A stretch of DNA of 63,791 bases, the filler included, from Guillardia theta CCMP2712 (Eukaryota > Protista > Cryptophyta): assembly GCF_000315625.1 (NCBI RefSeq). It is 4 parts of 4 records of this genome, joined end to end, with 100 filler letters (N's around TTAATTAATTAA, not from the genome) between each part and the next. Parts side by side here need not be neighbours in the genome. Positions count along the whole stretch, not along the records: positions 21,655 to 47,950 come from NW_005434552.1; positions 48,051 to 59,690 come from NW_005434290.1; 2 more parts are not named here. One strand, 5' to 3'. Both the position numbers and the translations under genes were made by a program. A model generated the notes under the pieces. That model had not been told where the DNA came from, did no database searches, and saw nothing but the letters and a program-made list of their open reading frames with translations. Shown piece after piece: positions 39,377-51,659 of this stretch. How positions within the stretch are numbered: the stretch's first letter is position 1; each line of letters opens with the position of its first letter.

Positions 39377-40369
39377 ACTACTACTACCTCCTCCTCCTCC
39401 TCCTCCTCCTCCTCCATCACCTCATCCTCCTCTCGTTGCCCGGCCTTGACTTCCCCTTCCCCTCTTCTGTCAATCAAAAGTGGGGTTGGGGGGCAAAAAT
39501 CTNNNNNNNNNNNNNNNNNNNNNNNNNNNNNNNNNNNNNNNNNNNNNNNNNNNNNNNNNNNNNNNNNNNNNNNNNNNNNNNNNNNNNNNNNNNNNNNNNN
39601 NNNNNNNNNNCTTTGATCCAATCCTCTCCCATCCTCTCCCTGCTTCTGATCCCTCTCCCTAGGTCGCCGTCAGACAATGGGAGAGAGCTTGTAATAGTGA
39701 ACTTGGGAGAGCGGGAGAAGAGAGGGATGGTCGTAGGGAGGGAGGAGGGAGGAGAGAAAAGGAAAGAGGAGTCTGAGAGCAGAGGAGAGGATGCGAATGC
39801 TCGCTGACAAACTCGTCGGTCGCAGGTGAAGTAGAACCAGCGGATCGTCGACACGAGAACAGCAAGTGACGCGAGCGCCTTGAGAGGAGCAGAGAAGTTG
39901 AAGAGCAAGACAGAGGACGGGAAGTCAGTAGGGCAGGAGGAAGACGGAGAAGAAACAGAGGAGGAGGAAGCGGTGACAGAGGAGGAGGAGGAGGAGGAGG
40001 AGGCTGTGGTGGAAGTGGTGGACGTGCACAGGAAAGGATGGGGGCAAGGCCAACAAATATGAGGATGCAAAAGAAGACTGAGGACAAGACAAGGAGCACT
40101 CAGAAGCCTCTGGTGATGAAACAAAGATTTGATGGTCCTGTAAACAACCATGTTGATTTGCTCGATTAGATTTCCATGTTGTTCTTCTTGGTTTATCTGA
40201 TCAAACCAGTTGCACTGTCATTGACTCCGCGTTGTTTGTATCCTTCTTGTTTGTGTTTCAATGTTTCTTGTCCATTCTTATTATGTTTCTTGTCCATTCT
40301 TATTGTGTAGATATGTCAAAACTCCTCACCGTTCTCTGTCTTGCCTGAATTTGTCTTTTCCTCTCTTCA

Positions 40370-42830
40370 GGAGTTTTCGGTTCACGGGGGACCGATCAAA
40401 GTCGCTTTCAACCTTGTTGAGCAGAGTGAAGCCTCTTCATGCCAGTGATCGCGACTGACTAGCGCGCAGAGCTCTACCACCAAGCAGAACTGCTGTGTGA
40501 GTCATCCAGAGACAGCGGGGGACGGAGAGACGATGGGGGGAAGAGAGTGGGAGAGGGAGCGAGGGAGCGAGGGAGCGACGAGAGGGAAGCATTGACATGA
40601 ACGATCAGTGGAGAACATCCTCAAGGAGGATTCAGAGATAGCAGCAGCTGTAAACCTGATGGGATCAGTCAAGCTGTTGCTGGGAAAGGTGGAAGAAGCT
40701 ACGGCATGTTATCAAACCATCCTAGCCAAAGGAAAGAATTCTTGTTTCCCGCTGCTGCTCCCGCTCCTTTCACCGCTTCTTCCCCTGCCCCTCCTCCTCC
40801 TCCTGCCCCCCCGCTCATCCTCATCCTCATGCTTCTGCTGTGTTATACTTGTTTTCAAGATGGATTATCCCAACGACTCATACACTCTCACAGATCCAAA
40901 TAGTCTGGAGGCAAACTTTAACATGGCTGGTTGGAGATCATTGCAATTCTATCCTTCCTTACTGCTGCTTTCCGACCTCTGCCTTTTCCTCCCTCTCCCA
41001 CCTCTGCCTCTTCCTCCCACCTCTGCCTCTTCCTCCCTCTTCCACCTCTGCCTCTTCCTCTCTCTCCCACCTTGCTTCTAACCATTCTCTTCTTCTTCAT
41101 CTCCATTCATCTTCTTCATCCTTCTTCCTCTCCACCTGCTTGTTTCTCACACTCACAATCATTCTTGCAGTGATCAAGGAGGTTCATCATCATCAACCGC
41201 AAGCTGCCATCTCAATCTTGACTTCGCTCCACCAACACGTGAGCTCATCTCTTGCAGCATCTCCGCGCCAGGCTCACTGCCCCCAGTACCCGACGAGTGC
41301 GATGTGTGCTTACAGGCTGGGAAGTTGTTACGGGAGGTGAGGGAGGAGGAGGCGAGGAGGAGGTGCGGGAGGGAGGGAGAGGCGAGGAGGAGGTGCGGGA
41401 GGGAGGGAGATGGAACGAGGATTACAGGAAGGATAAAGAGAAGGGAGGGAGGACAAAGGAGAACAGGATGGACATGGAAATGATAATCAGGAGGAGGAAG
41501 GGAAAGTGTGACAGTAGAGGGAGGGAGGGAGGAAGTCAGAGCGAGAAAGAAAACAGAGCTTATTGTCTACCTTGATCCTTTCTCGTCCTTCTCTTTCTCC
41601 CCTTCCACATTCATCACCACTTCCATCTTCTTGCTGTGCAAGCTGTCTTGTTCTCTTTCTCTTCCCAGCTGCCTCCCACTGTCTTCTGAGATTCTCATCT
41701 CGAGGTTGCAAGATGTCGACAAGGCGATGGAGGTGAGAGGAGGGGCAGCAGGTCACAATGACGAGCCACCGCCCAGCTGTACCGGCAAGCTGGGAACCTC
41801 GAGTTGTCAGAGGCTGCAGATGACGCCGACGTCAAGAAGCAGCGGACAGATTTTATCTCCTGCCTCTGTGAAGCCGCCTCTGTGAGCTGCCACCTACTTT
41901 CCCAGCTGGAGGTGAGCTGTCCGTCCTGCTCGCCAGATTGACAGCTGCCGGTCAGATGGCTCTAGACATCGTGAAAAGAGCACTGAGGGCCAGTGACCTT
42001 TTTTTTGTGCTCCTCTGTGCTGAAAGTCAGCTGGCAGATTGACATGGACGATATCAAAGTCCTCTTGTGCTACTCGTCCATCTTGATGATCTCAGGTGAT
42101 TCTTGACACTCCCACTCCAGCTGAGCTGAGAACGGAGAGTTTGACAACCGACCCCTGCACTGAAAGGTTACCCCGACGAGTCCGAGGAGGTTTTGATTAG
42201 AGCCTCCAAGATCGACCCGACCAACGTCATGGTGAGAGACGAATGAGATAATAAGGACGAGCTCCTCTCCTCTCCTCTCCTCTCGTCTCCTCTCCTCTCG
42301 TCTCCTCTCCTCTCTCGTCTCCTCTCCTCTCCTCTCCTCTCCTCTCCTCTCCTCTCCTCTCCTCTCCTCTCCTCTCCTCTCCTCTCCTCTCCTCTCCTCT
42401 CCTCTCCTCTCCTCTCCTCTCCTCTCCTCTNNNNNNNNNNNNNNNNNNNNNNNNNNNNNNNNNNNNNNNNNNNNNNNNNNNNNNNNNNNNNNNNNNNNNN
42501 NNNNNNNNNNNNNNNNNNNNNNNNNNNNNNTCTCCTCTCCTCTCCTCTCCTCTCCTCTCCTCTCCTCTCTCTCTCTCCTCTCCTCTCCTCTCCTCTCCTC
42601 TCCTCTCCTCTCCTCTCCTCTCTTGTCCTCTCTTGTCCTTGTCCTCATTTCAAATCTTCAATCTCTGTTCTGTAATTCATTTCATTCAGGTCATCTGTGA
42701 CTTATCAAGTTTGCTCGTGAAAAAGTATTGCTTCCTCTTTCCTTCACCTCTGTCTTCTGCTCCTCAAATAGAGCTGCTCTCCTCCTCTCCTCTTCTCCTC
42801 TTCTCCTCCTCTGCTTCTCCTTCCCCTGCC

Positions 42831-42865
<35 letters not shown>

Positions 42866-42918
42866 CCCTGCCCCTGCCCCTGCCCCTGCCTCTCCTCCTC
42901 TCCTTCCCTGCCGCTGCC

Positions 42919-42949
<31 letters not shown>

Positions 42950-43914
42950 ATTCCCATTCTGTCTTTCTCTCTACGGTTCGTTCGCCTCACTGCTCTATCA
43001 GGGGACAGCTACAAAGATCAAGAGACATTCTATTGCGAGCAGCAGCAGGCGATACAATCCCTCTCATCCCTCTTGTCTCATGCTTTCAAAGATTTCCCAC
43101 AGTGCTCAGCTATCCTCAGCAACCTTGGCGCTGTCTTTCACTGCCTCGGGTGCGAACATTTGTTCACTTTGTGGAGATTTTGACATGGTTGTCAAGAAAC
43201 TTTGAGCTGGCTGCCAGCTACTACGAACAGTGCCTTCGAGTCTGTCGATGTTACTCAAACTCCAGGTTGACATGTTGCTGCAGTTGTCGCCCGACTGCAA
43301 AGAAGCAAAAGACAACTTGACCATGTTGAGAAGCTCCAGCGTTCCCGGCGAAGATGAGGATGAGGATGAGCAGACGACAAGTCGAAGAAAGGTGAGGACG
43401 AGCAATGTGAGGGGTTGCAGGAGGGAGAGGAGGAGGTGAGCGAAGGGGGAACAAGAGAAGAGTGGGAGGGAGGGAGGGAGGGAGAGAGGGAGAGAGGAAG
43501 AAAAGGAGCGGAGGGAGAGAGGGAGCGAGCGAGGAAGGAAGGGGAGGGAGCGAGGGAGGGAGCGAGGGTCGTGTTTTCCTCTGACGTCTTCACCTCCAGC
43601 CCTCCAATCTCACACCATCACAGGCAAGCACAATATGTGAAGGAGTGAAGGTTGACAAGGACCACAGTCCGCCAAGTTCCATCCTAGCATCACCCCCAGC
43701 AGAGCTATTGTTTGACCTTTTTCTTACAAACCAACAACATGACAAGACCAAACGGCTCAACGTCCCTGGGTGGTTGAGACAAGACAAGCCCACGAGTGTC
43801 CCGACAAAGAAGACCAATCAATATCTTGTTGTACCTTTGACAAGCTTGACAACTTTCACGTCCCATCTCTTTATCACTATCCGTCTCTTCCATCGCAACC
43901 AGGACGAAGCTTGA
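40370..43914 (+). CDS. Tetratricopeptide-repeat protein; multi-exon, ends approximate
   Basis: TPR-like exons AVNLMGSVKLLLGKVEEATACYQTILAK-DPNSLEANFNMA, YPTSAMCAYRLGSCYG, ESEEVLIRASKIDPTN and FPQCSAILSNLGAVFHCLG-NFELAASYYEQCLR-LSPDCKEAKDNL. Confidence 0.72.
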
Positions 43915-44022
43915 CCAACACATCCTCCCTGTCCTCTTTACCCGTCTTATCCTCCTCTTCACCCGTATTTACCGAACCCCCCCACCCCCCCCCCCCTCCT
44001 CCTTGACCTCTCCTCCTCTCCT

Positions 44023-45393
44023 TTAGAAGATGTAAGGGATGATCTTGTACGGGACGAGCTCACAGTACTTGGTCCAGCTCTCGCCGTACTTGCTCTTGCA
44101 TCGCGCGTCATCACGAACTGACCTGTCGGTCAGGAGCCAGGCGAGGAACAGCCAGTAGGTGAACCCGGCCCAGTTGCCTTTCCACAGCGTCGGAGCCGTC
44201 CAGGAGAACGCCGCCATGAGCTCAGGGATGTAATGAAAGTGCCTGCTGACCCCCCACCATCCCGAGAGCAGCAGCAAGCTCTGCTTGCTTTCTCCATCCT
44301 TGGTGGTGTACGTAGCCACAATCTTCTTCGCCGGCCTCCCCCAGATCATACACTTCCCTCCGCTCCTGCGAAACCTCATCTTCTGCGCGTCTGACTCGTA
44401 GTTGATCCAGACTCCGAGGAGACCGAAGAGGAGGAGGAACGCGGTGACAGCTCTTCCCATCATGTAGGGGTTGTTGACGAGAAAGAGAGTGTGGCAGGTA
44501 TAGAGGGAGGGCACCCACACAAGGCAGCCCCAGCAGATGTAGAAACCAGCGCGGTCATGCTGGATGTCCATGGTGTTCATGTAGCCCATCTCCCACGAGA
44601 AGAACTTGAGCACGTAGACTACCTGGACGAGCGACGACACCAGCATCGAGTCGCTGATGAAGCCGTAGAGCTCGTACTGCTTCGCAGCATAGGAGAGCGT
44701 AGAGAGGCCCCAGTACATCATCCCGAACCTGCAGTTGGTAAAGAGCTTCACGTCCCATCCGATCGGCCACAGCCAGTGACCGAAGCGCGGGTAGAGCTCC
44801 GTACCCCAGAAGAAGTCGAAGATCAAGTTTCCAGAGTGCCCGCTGTCAGCAGTGGAAGGGAGGAACCTTCCCTTGAGGTACAGCAGCATACACAAGAAGA
44901 TGGAAGACACGTTAAGGAAGGCGAACATGGCGTTGGCATGGTCGTACTGCCATCCTGCTGGAATCAACCCTTGATAGGACCCGATCGCCCACACAAGGAT
45001 CGTGAGGAGGAAGCATTGAACGCCGTTGGCCTTGTACTTGGGCACATGGCCCGAAGGAGCGACGGGCCCGTCGACGTACTTGCCCGGAACTACCCACATG
45101 CACAGCAGCTGGAAGGCAGCGAAGCAGAGCACGAAAGGAACGGCCTGCCAGACCTCCTGGGAGGAAGGGACTGCCTGCGAGAAGGTCTGCACGATGCCGA
45201 CGTCCGACACGACCTTGGCCAGGTTGTTCCAGGAGCCATCGAGCTTGAGGAGCGTATAGGCAAGGAGATGCACGGAGATCGGGGGAGCGGTGATAAGGAA
45301 GAGCGATCCGGCCACATCCCACACCCCAGAGATCTTGGGTTTGATGTTGTCCGCCGCCCACACAGCTTGCTCTCGACCGGACTTCTGCTTCAT
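44023..45393 (-). CDS. DHCR7: 7-dehydrocholesterol (sterol delta-7) reductase, ERG4/ERG24 family; an extra 5' exon is possible
   Basis: Uninterrupted ORF with YKANG, DFFWGTELYPR, DVKLFTNCRFGMM, MDIQHDRAGFYICWGCLVWVP, LLLSGWWGVSRHFHY, RDDARCKSKYG..W..YC..VPYKIIPYIF. Confidence 0.95.
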   Translation of the reverse strand: MKQKSGREQAVWAADNIKPKISGVWDVAGSLFLITAPPISVHLLAYTLLKLDGSWNNLAKVVSDVGIVQTFSQAVPSSQEVWQAVPFVLCFAAFQLLCMWVVPGKYVDGPVAPSGHVPKYKANGVQCFLLTILVWAIGSYQGLIPAGWQYDHANAMFAFLNVSSIFLCMLLYLKGRFLPSTADSGHSGNLIFDFFWGTELYPRFGHWLWPIGWDVKLFTNCRFGMMYWGLSTLSYAAKQYELYGFISDSMLVSSLVQVVYVLKFFSWEMGYMNTMDIQHDRAGFYICWGCLVWVPSLYTCHTLFLVNNPYMMGRAVTAFLLLFGLLGVWINYESDAQKMRFRRSGGKCMIWGRPAKKIVATYTTKDGESKQSLLLLSGWWGVSRHFHYIPELMAAFSWTAPTLWKGNWAGFTYWLFLAWLLTDRSVRDDARCKSKYGESWTKYCELVPYKIIPYIF

Positions 45394-47994
45394 GTTGATC
45401 TGTGCTCCTAGAGAAAAAGAGCCCTCAGCGTTGAACGAGACATGCAATGATGATGATGATGATGGGGATGATGATGATGATGACAAGTTTAGTTGAGGAT
45501 AGCAAAGAAGACATGGAATATTTCGTCAATATGTCACCCTCATCTGCCTCAAAACGATCGCATGGTTATAGATGAAGTTGACAATCGAATCGATTCCTCC
45601 TCCCTGCCTCTTCCAGGAGATTTCTCCACTGCTGCTCCACTCCTCTCTCAAGTCCTTCGTTCTAATAAACACCCTCCCACAACATCGAAGCTGTTCTATC
45701 CTCCCTCCTTCATCGATCCTCAATCTTGGCATGTTCGCTGTACAACTTCGCCCTTATTCACAATTAGCTTATCCCCTTGTTCGAAGATTCAACTTGGAAT
45801 CGACCTCGAACCCTTTCAAAATGAGCTGATTGCAAGAATCACAGGATGATATGCTTGCTGGTCATGTTTGTTTTCCTGTCATGGCATTGAACACTCAGGT
45901 AGTCCTCTGTCTAGATCATATCATCTCCCCTTCAAATACTTGTTCCCCCTCTCCCTGTTCTCTTTCCCCGGCGTGACCTCCTCTACCTTCACCACCTCTC
46001 TCAGTCACGTTCTTCCGATCTCCTCTCCTCTTCTCTCTTCCTCCCCATCCTCTGACCTTCACCTCCTCCTCCCCCTTCCTCTGCCATCATTTCCCCGGCA
46101 TCCCCGCCATTCTTGTAACCCATTTTCAGTTTAAATAGACTTCCGATGCCGCGTGACGTGCCATCTGCATCCGGTTAAAATAAGAAAATATTGCTTAAAA
46201 TTACTTAAAACTCAGCTAAATCAACAGCTTTGTAGTTATATTAGGTACATTCTTCATATATAAAAATTTTATAGATAGCAGATAATGATCTTATTAGACA
46301 ATATATGTCCTACACCAGGGGTACGGCATCCGTCCATTTTACGGCCTACCCAGACTAGGATCCAGGTCCTAGAAAAGTCATATCCCTAGGTAGGACCTGG
46401 CTAGGAAGGTGCAGGGGTCTTAGGTCCTGGCGACACTTTTAAAATATTTTGGAATAGAAGACTAAACTTATATGGTATAAAATAAAATAATATAAGTATA
46501 ATTGACAAAATATTAAAACAATTGGTAAGGAAAATATTTTAGTTTTAAAACTAATCGAATGTCATCCGCCCACTCGGCCCGCCCCAGGCAGACGGTCAGT
46601 CGTCGACCAGACGTAGATGACGCCGGGTAGTGGCATGGGTCCCCCGGCGGGCCCGATCGGACCCGGTTCACTGAGACTGCCGGCCCACGGCCCGGCACCG
46701 TTACTACAGGCTCAGAGGTTCGAGTTAACGGCCGGACTAGCCCCTAGGAGCACGTCAGGAACAAGGGAGGACGCAGGTCAGAGCAGCGAGTCAGAAGAGA
46801 GCACAAGCGATGGAAGAAGCCTGGGGATGGGAAGCGAGAAGATAGGCAGAAGGAGGGAGGAAGGATACGGTACCTCAGGGTGTTCTCTTTTTCACAACTC
46901 CGGGAGGTCTCCCGGAGAAAGTGGGGTTGGTGAGGAAACGGCGAGGTGGAGAACGCTGGAAGAGGAGGAGGAGGAGGAGGAGGAGGAGGAGGAATACTTG
47001 AGAAGTTTGTTCTGAGTCAGGAACACATGCGCATGACGTTTGCTGCATGATTTGATCTGGACTAAGTTGTCAGCATCTCACGCCTGATGTCACAGCAGGT
47101 GGCTCTTCCTCGGCGATGCCTGCCAAGGTAATCTTGTGAAGCAGATGGATATGCTGGAGCGAGTCAGTAGGAGGGGCAGGGGGAGCTACGAGATCTGCTA
47201 GCCTAGTGGCGAGGAAGAGGTCGTTGAGCACTAGAGACAGTGACAGACATGCAAGCGTGTACTGATTGTGAGAGTTTGTGCTGGGCTGTCACAAGTTTCT
47301 TTGTCTCGTTTCGCCTCTGATCAACTTCTTGTGTCGCTGCATTCTCACTGAGATGATGTTTCACCTGCAACATGTCAACAGCCGCTGATGATTTTTTGTC
47401 ATGCTAGCAGGAGCTGCTGCAAACGTTGTCATCGGGGAACAGCTATAGCCCGCCCAACAAGTTGAAGTCTCCGCTCATGATGACCAAGTGACCATCTCCC
47501 TTTCCCCCCCCCCCCCCTTCGGCCTATGCCTGATCGTCATCGGCGGGCTGATCATATGGAGAGTCGCGCCTGAGCCTGGGGAGAGGATGACCCGCTGGCG
47601 ATTCCTCGTGTTTGTTTTCTCTACTCTCATCCTCTCCTCGGGAATCTGCTGTGAGAATCTCAATTGTTTCTCCCTCCCAAACTCCCACGCTGTCACTTTG
47701 TCCACTCTTCCTTCTCCTCCTCCTCTTTCTCTTCCTCCTCCTCCTCCTCCTCGTCGTCGTCATCATCATCATCATCACCACCACCAGCACCACCACCATT
47801 ACCATCACCATCCCATTGATATATCTACATGCCTCTACTTCTGTGTCCCTCTTCCGTCTCATTCAACATTGCAGGTTTCCTCCTCAACAAGGATTGGTTG
47901 GTCGGGCTCAGCCCAGCCATTAAACTTCCAATGTACACGATCCTAGGGACNNNNNNNNNNNNNNNNNNNNNNNNNNNNNNNNNNNNNNNNNNNN

Positions 47995-48006
47995 TTAATT
48001 AATTAA
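47995..48006. other. Artificial contig-joining linker TTAATTAATTAA
   Basis: Same 12-mer as at 21599. Confidence 0.9.
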
Positions 48007-48050
48007 NNNNNNNNNNNNNNNNNNNNNNNNNNNNNNNNNNNNNNNNNNNN

Positions 48051-48701
48051 CTGTCGATCAGCTGAGGATCTGAACAACCTCGGTGATATTTGGTACTTGT
48101 GTGGAGAGAAAACCACAGATGTATCGAGTGGATTACCCATCTCTCCATCCTCTGAAGCACCATCATTCACATCCTCGCTGGCTGCGATTGCCTCCTCGAA
48201 TTTTCCTCGCAACTTCTTAAACTTCTCAAGAGCATCCTTGAATTTCTTCCCATTCTTCCAAATGTACCCAGCATGCAGAAACAACGCCGTGACCTGAATC
48301 TTCCACTCCAGCGAAGAGAATTTTTCTAGGCCTTCTGGAGACGACTCCCACATTTCATGAAATTCTCCAACAAACGATCCAGTCTCGTCAATCGGAAACA
48401 AGTCCAACAGTTTTAAGAAACAAGCCCCAAGATTCGGACGAAAACGACTCATGGCACCTGAGAAAGGAAGGAACAGGTCCTCGAGTTTTTCCTTGGAGGT
48501 AACCTTCCCATGCTTCAGCTTGTCGACCTGAACATCACCATGGCTTCGTTTCAACTCCTCTTGCAGATCTGGCATGCTCATGATCGTCAACTTGGAGTTA
48601 CCAATACCGTTCCAAAAAAAATGAGTAACAGCGTCCAGTACAACAACCAGGAGCCTTAAAGAGCCTTCAAACTCGTTGTCAATTCGACGCACAAAGACCA
48701 A
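48051..48701 (-). CDS. Hypothetical protein (open frame running into the contig end)
   Basis: More than 200 codons of non-repetitive open frame; no family recognised; first in-frame ATG at ~48581. Confidence 0.35.
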
Positions 48702-50507
48702 GAGCCCTTAAACTCGTTGTCCTTGGAATGTTATCGTAGAGTCTTTTTGTATTCCTTTGTTCGTGAATACAAAAAGAAAATTTTCTTTTTGTATTGGAAT
48801 CAATTCCTGACTCCTAGAGTCTGTGCACAGATGAATGACTAGTAGAACAGCTCAACAGCTGACTGATAAGTCCAAAGACCAAGACTCACAGATGATGTGC
48901 GCACGAAGACACCAATGACTTTCACAGCCAACCAAACACCTCAGGTAACTCAGATCAACTTCCCAACAATCCCCAGCACTTTATTCCCAACACTCGTAGC
49001 AGCAAGACCAACCAAACAGCTTCCCTTCACACACCACCGCCTTACTTCCACCACTGTACGAGTGCTGCCTCTTCGACAGCCGGCGCCTCTTGATTCCTCC
49101 GGCGCCGCCTCAGCTTCCCCAGGCTCCAACCAACCGGATCTTCTAAGTCACAGACTAAGCTCCAGCCCACTAGCTTGGACCTGCAGGCTTCACTTGGTTC
49201 ACAACCTGATTAGACGCATCCCTTGAACTTATCACGTCTGAAAGAACTTCTGAGAGGTTTGTCAGAACCTGAGTTCTTACAGATCATGCTCAGGATGGAC
49301 GTGACTCGGAAGGGGCCGGAGGCTCAGCAGAGCCCCGTCGGAACTCGAAGAGGCCAGAGGAGCCCCGGTAGCTCAAGGTGACTGGCAGGTGGTACTCGAG
49401 TTAAAGTCATCACTGATGACAAGCTCGCCTCAGAGTTTTACTGGATATGCATCAGCAGCGAAAAGAAATGGTTTCATGAATATTACCAAGTGAATCGTCG
49501 TAAATATCCGTCGTTCCGTGCCATTGCCATGCCAGTTGTCATCTTAAAGGGGACAAAGGACCATGACCGGCTCTTTACTCCGATAATGCGAATACTACCA
49601 GTCCCTGTGGGCAAGAAAATTAGATAAATGGACGGTGGGGTGGTCTTTCTGAGACTCCTTCACTATGCAACATTACTTTTAGCGAACATTTCTTTTAAAT
49701 AGATGTAATTTGTATCACAGTTACGGCAGTGTTTGTGAAAAGACAAGAAATCGCTTTTGTCTAAATCATTATTAGTTCAAACTTAGGTACATAACGCCGA
49801 TTCGCCTAGGATATCTGGATAGTTCGGTCACGTTACTTGGCATGCCTTGGCGGTTTTCTCCATACGTGCTCTGGCCGTGTGGATATTGAAATCGTCTGTT
49901 TTCGATTTCATTGTCTTCTTTGAAACCGTTTATATTAAGTTTTTAAGTAAAGCGTTCTGGTTGAGGCGCCAGAGAGATAGATGGAATGAAGGGACGCTTG
50001 TGGGTAGGGGTATACACCCTACCTCATCATTATACAATTTTTTCAACAACAAATGAGGGGTGATCATTTGTCTGTACAATTCCGGGGGTAGTAGCTCTGG
50101 CTCACAGCCGTGTAGGTGCTCACCTTGAGTGGTGGGGTGGTGCAAATTGAAGGGTGGGTCATGGATTTTATGTTCCTGATCAGGGGTACACACCTTCCTT
50201 GTGGTACCGAATATCAGTCAAAAGTAGGGTAGGGTTGAACTTGGAGGAAAGGCTAAAGGGTTGGGTAGGGTGTGCAATGGGGGGTGGGGTACTAAGATAG
50301 GGAATAAAAAGGGAAGGGAACGAAGGCAAATCGCAAGGAGCCAGTCGGCCAGGCAGCACCAGCAACAGTGAAACTACATCATCATCATCTACAACAACAA
50401 CATCTACATCTACAACACCAAGCTTCTGAACAGGAAGGAGAGAAGACAGGAGTGAGGACAAGAGCCAAGTTTGCCATCGTCCTGATAAGTTGAATCAAGC
50501 TCCAAGG

Positions 50508-51323
50508 ATGCCAGCAGAAAGAAGATCCGGGATGAGAAACAAGCGCATGGAAGCGAGAGGATTCTTCGGATCGAAGCTTTCCCTGAGGAGGGCGCCTTCG
50601 CCTGACTGCAGGGTGCAGGGTGAGATCGCGGAAGAGTTCGAAGCAAAGTGCGGGAGGGAAGATACGAGTGGAAGACAGGACACGAGCGAGTGCCCTGAAG
50701 AGCTCCCCAAGGGGTGTGTGATGGGGATTCCAGTGCCCAAGGCCCAGCCCGTGATGCAAGTGGCCATCGACTCGAGAGGGATGGAGATCGCGCTAATGAG
50801 GAGCGTTCAGAGCAACAACTTCCCCTTCGTCTGCCACATGATCCTCTCTGGATGGACCCCCAACGTGGTCAACCCGACGCTCTGCCATTTCTCCGTCACC
50901 GTCCACAGGACGACATGGAACCAGAGAGACTGTCTGCACGTCAAGAACGCCTGCCTTCTCCACTACGCCATCTGCTGCGGCTCCCTCCAAGCAGCGACCG
51001 CCCTCCTGGTAGCCTTCCCCCACCTGGCCACCCTGCCATGCACAGTGTCGGGGCTGCACGGGAGCGAGGAGGAGGAGTGGAGCATGCTCGAGCTTGCTCA
51101 GTTCTTCTGCGATCTGTACAAGGATCAGAAGGACGACCTCTACTCCGCGTACAAGATGGCTCACATGGTCCTGACCTGCATGCATTCAGACCCGTCTGTA
51201 CTCCCCTTCATCAACAACGCTACCCCAAGGGAGCGGCTGGTGGCCGGGGGAGGAGAAGCTACCGCTATGATCGGCGCTCTCTGCGAAGCTGCCTGCAAGA
51301 CATGCACGGCGATGGAGGAGTGA
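50508..51323 (+). CDS. Hypothetical single-exon protein with one ankyrin-like motif
   Basis: 271-aa ORF with coding-like GC3; motif CLLHYAICCGSLQAATALLVAFPHLA. Confidence 0.6.
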   Translation: MPAERRSGMRNKRMEARGFFGSKLSLRRAPSPDCRVQGEIAEEFEAKCGREDTSGRQDTSECPEELPKGCVMGIPVPKAQPVMQVAIDSRGMEIALMRSVQSNNFPFVCHMILSGWTPNVVNPTLCHFSVTVHRTTWNQRDCLHVKNACLLHYAICCGSLQAATALLVAFPHLATLPCTVSGLHGSEEEEWSMLELAQFFCDLYKDQKDDLYSAYKMAHMVLTCMHSDPSVLPFINNATPRERLVAGGGEATAMIGALCEAACKTCTAMEE

Positions 51324-51659
51324 GAGGGAGAGTCGAGTAAGCTGATTGTATTTTAAGATATTGCTCTTTTTTTGTAAATACGTCAAATGAGATGTTTACT
51401 TGTCCTATCATGACAACCGCGATCATTACAGCAGCTTGTCCACTCAAAGAGTGTTAGATCCTCCTTCCACTTCCTCCTCATTCTTCCTCTTCATCCTTCC
51501 TCCTCCTCCTGCTCCTCTCCGCACTCTTCTCTCCTCCCTCCACCCCTCAAACAATCCTGGGAGAGTTGGCAACCTTGTCTGTCTCCAGCCCGTTGTCAGG
51601 AAGCGTCGTCCTGGTGGTCCTGCTGTCTTCGTCAACTGCTAGCGCGCATGCTCGGACTG

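Noticed and set aside
46780-47950. Possible plus-strand gene next to the contig end
   Set aside because: Only short exon-like fragments are present, with no recognisable product.
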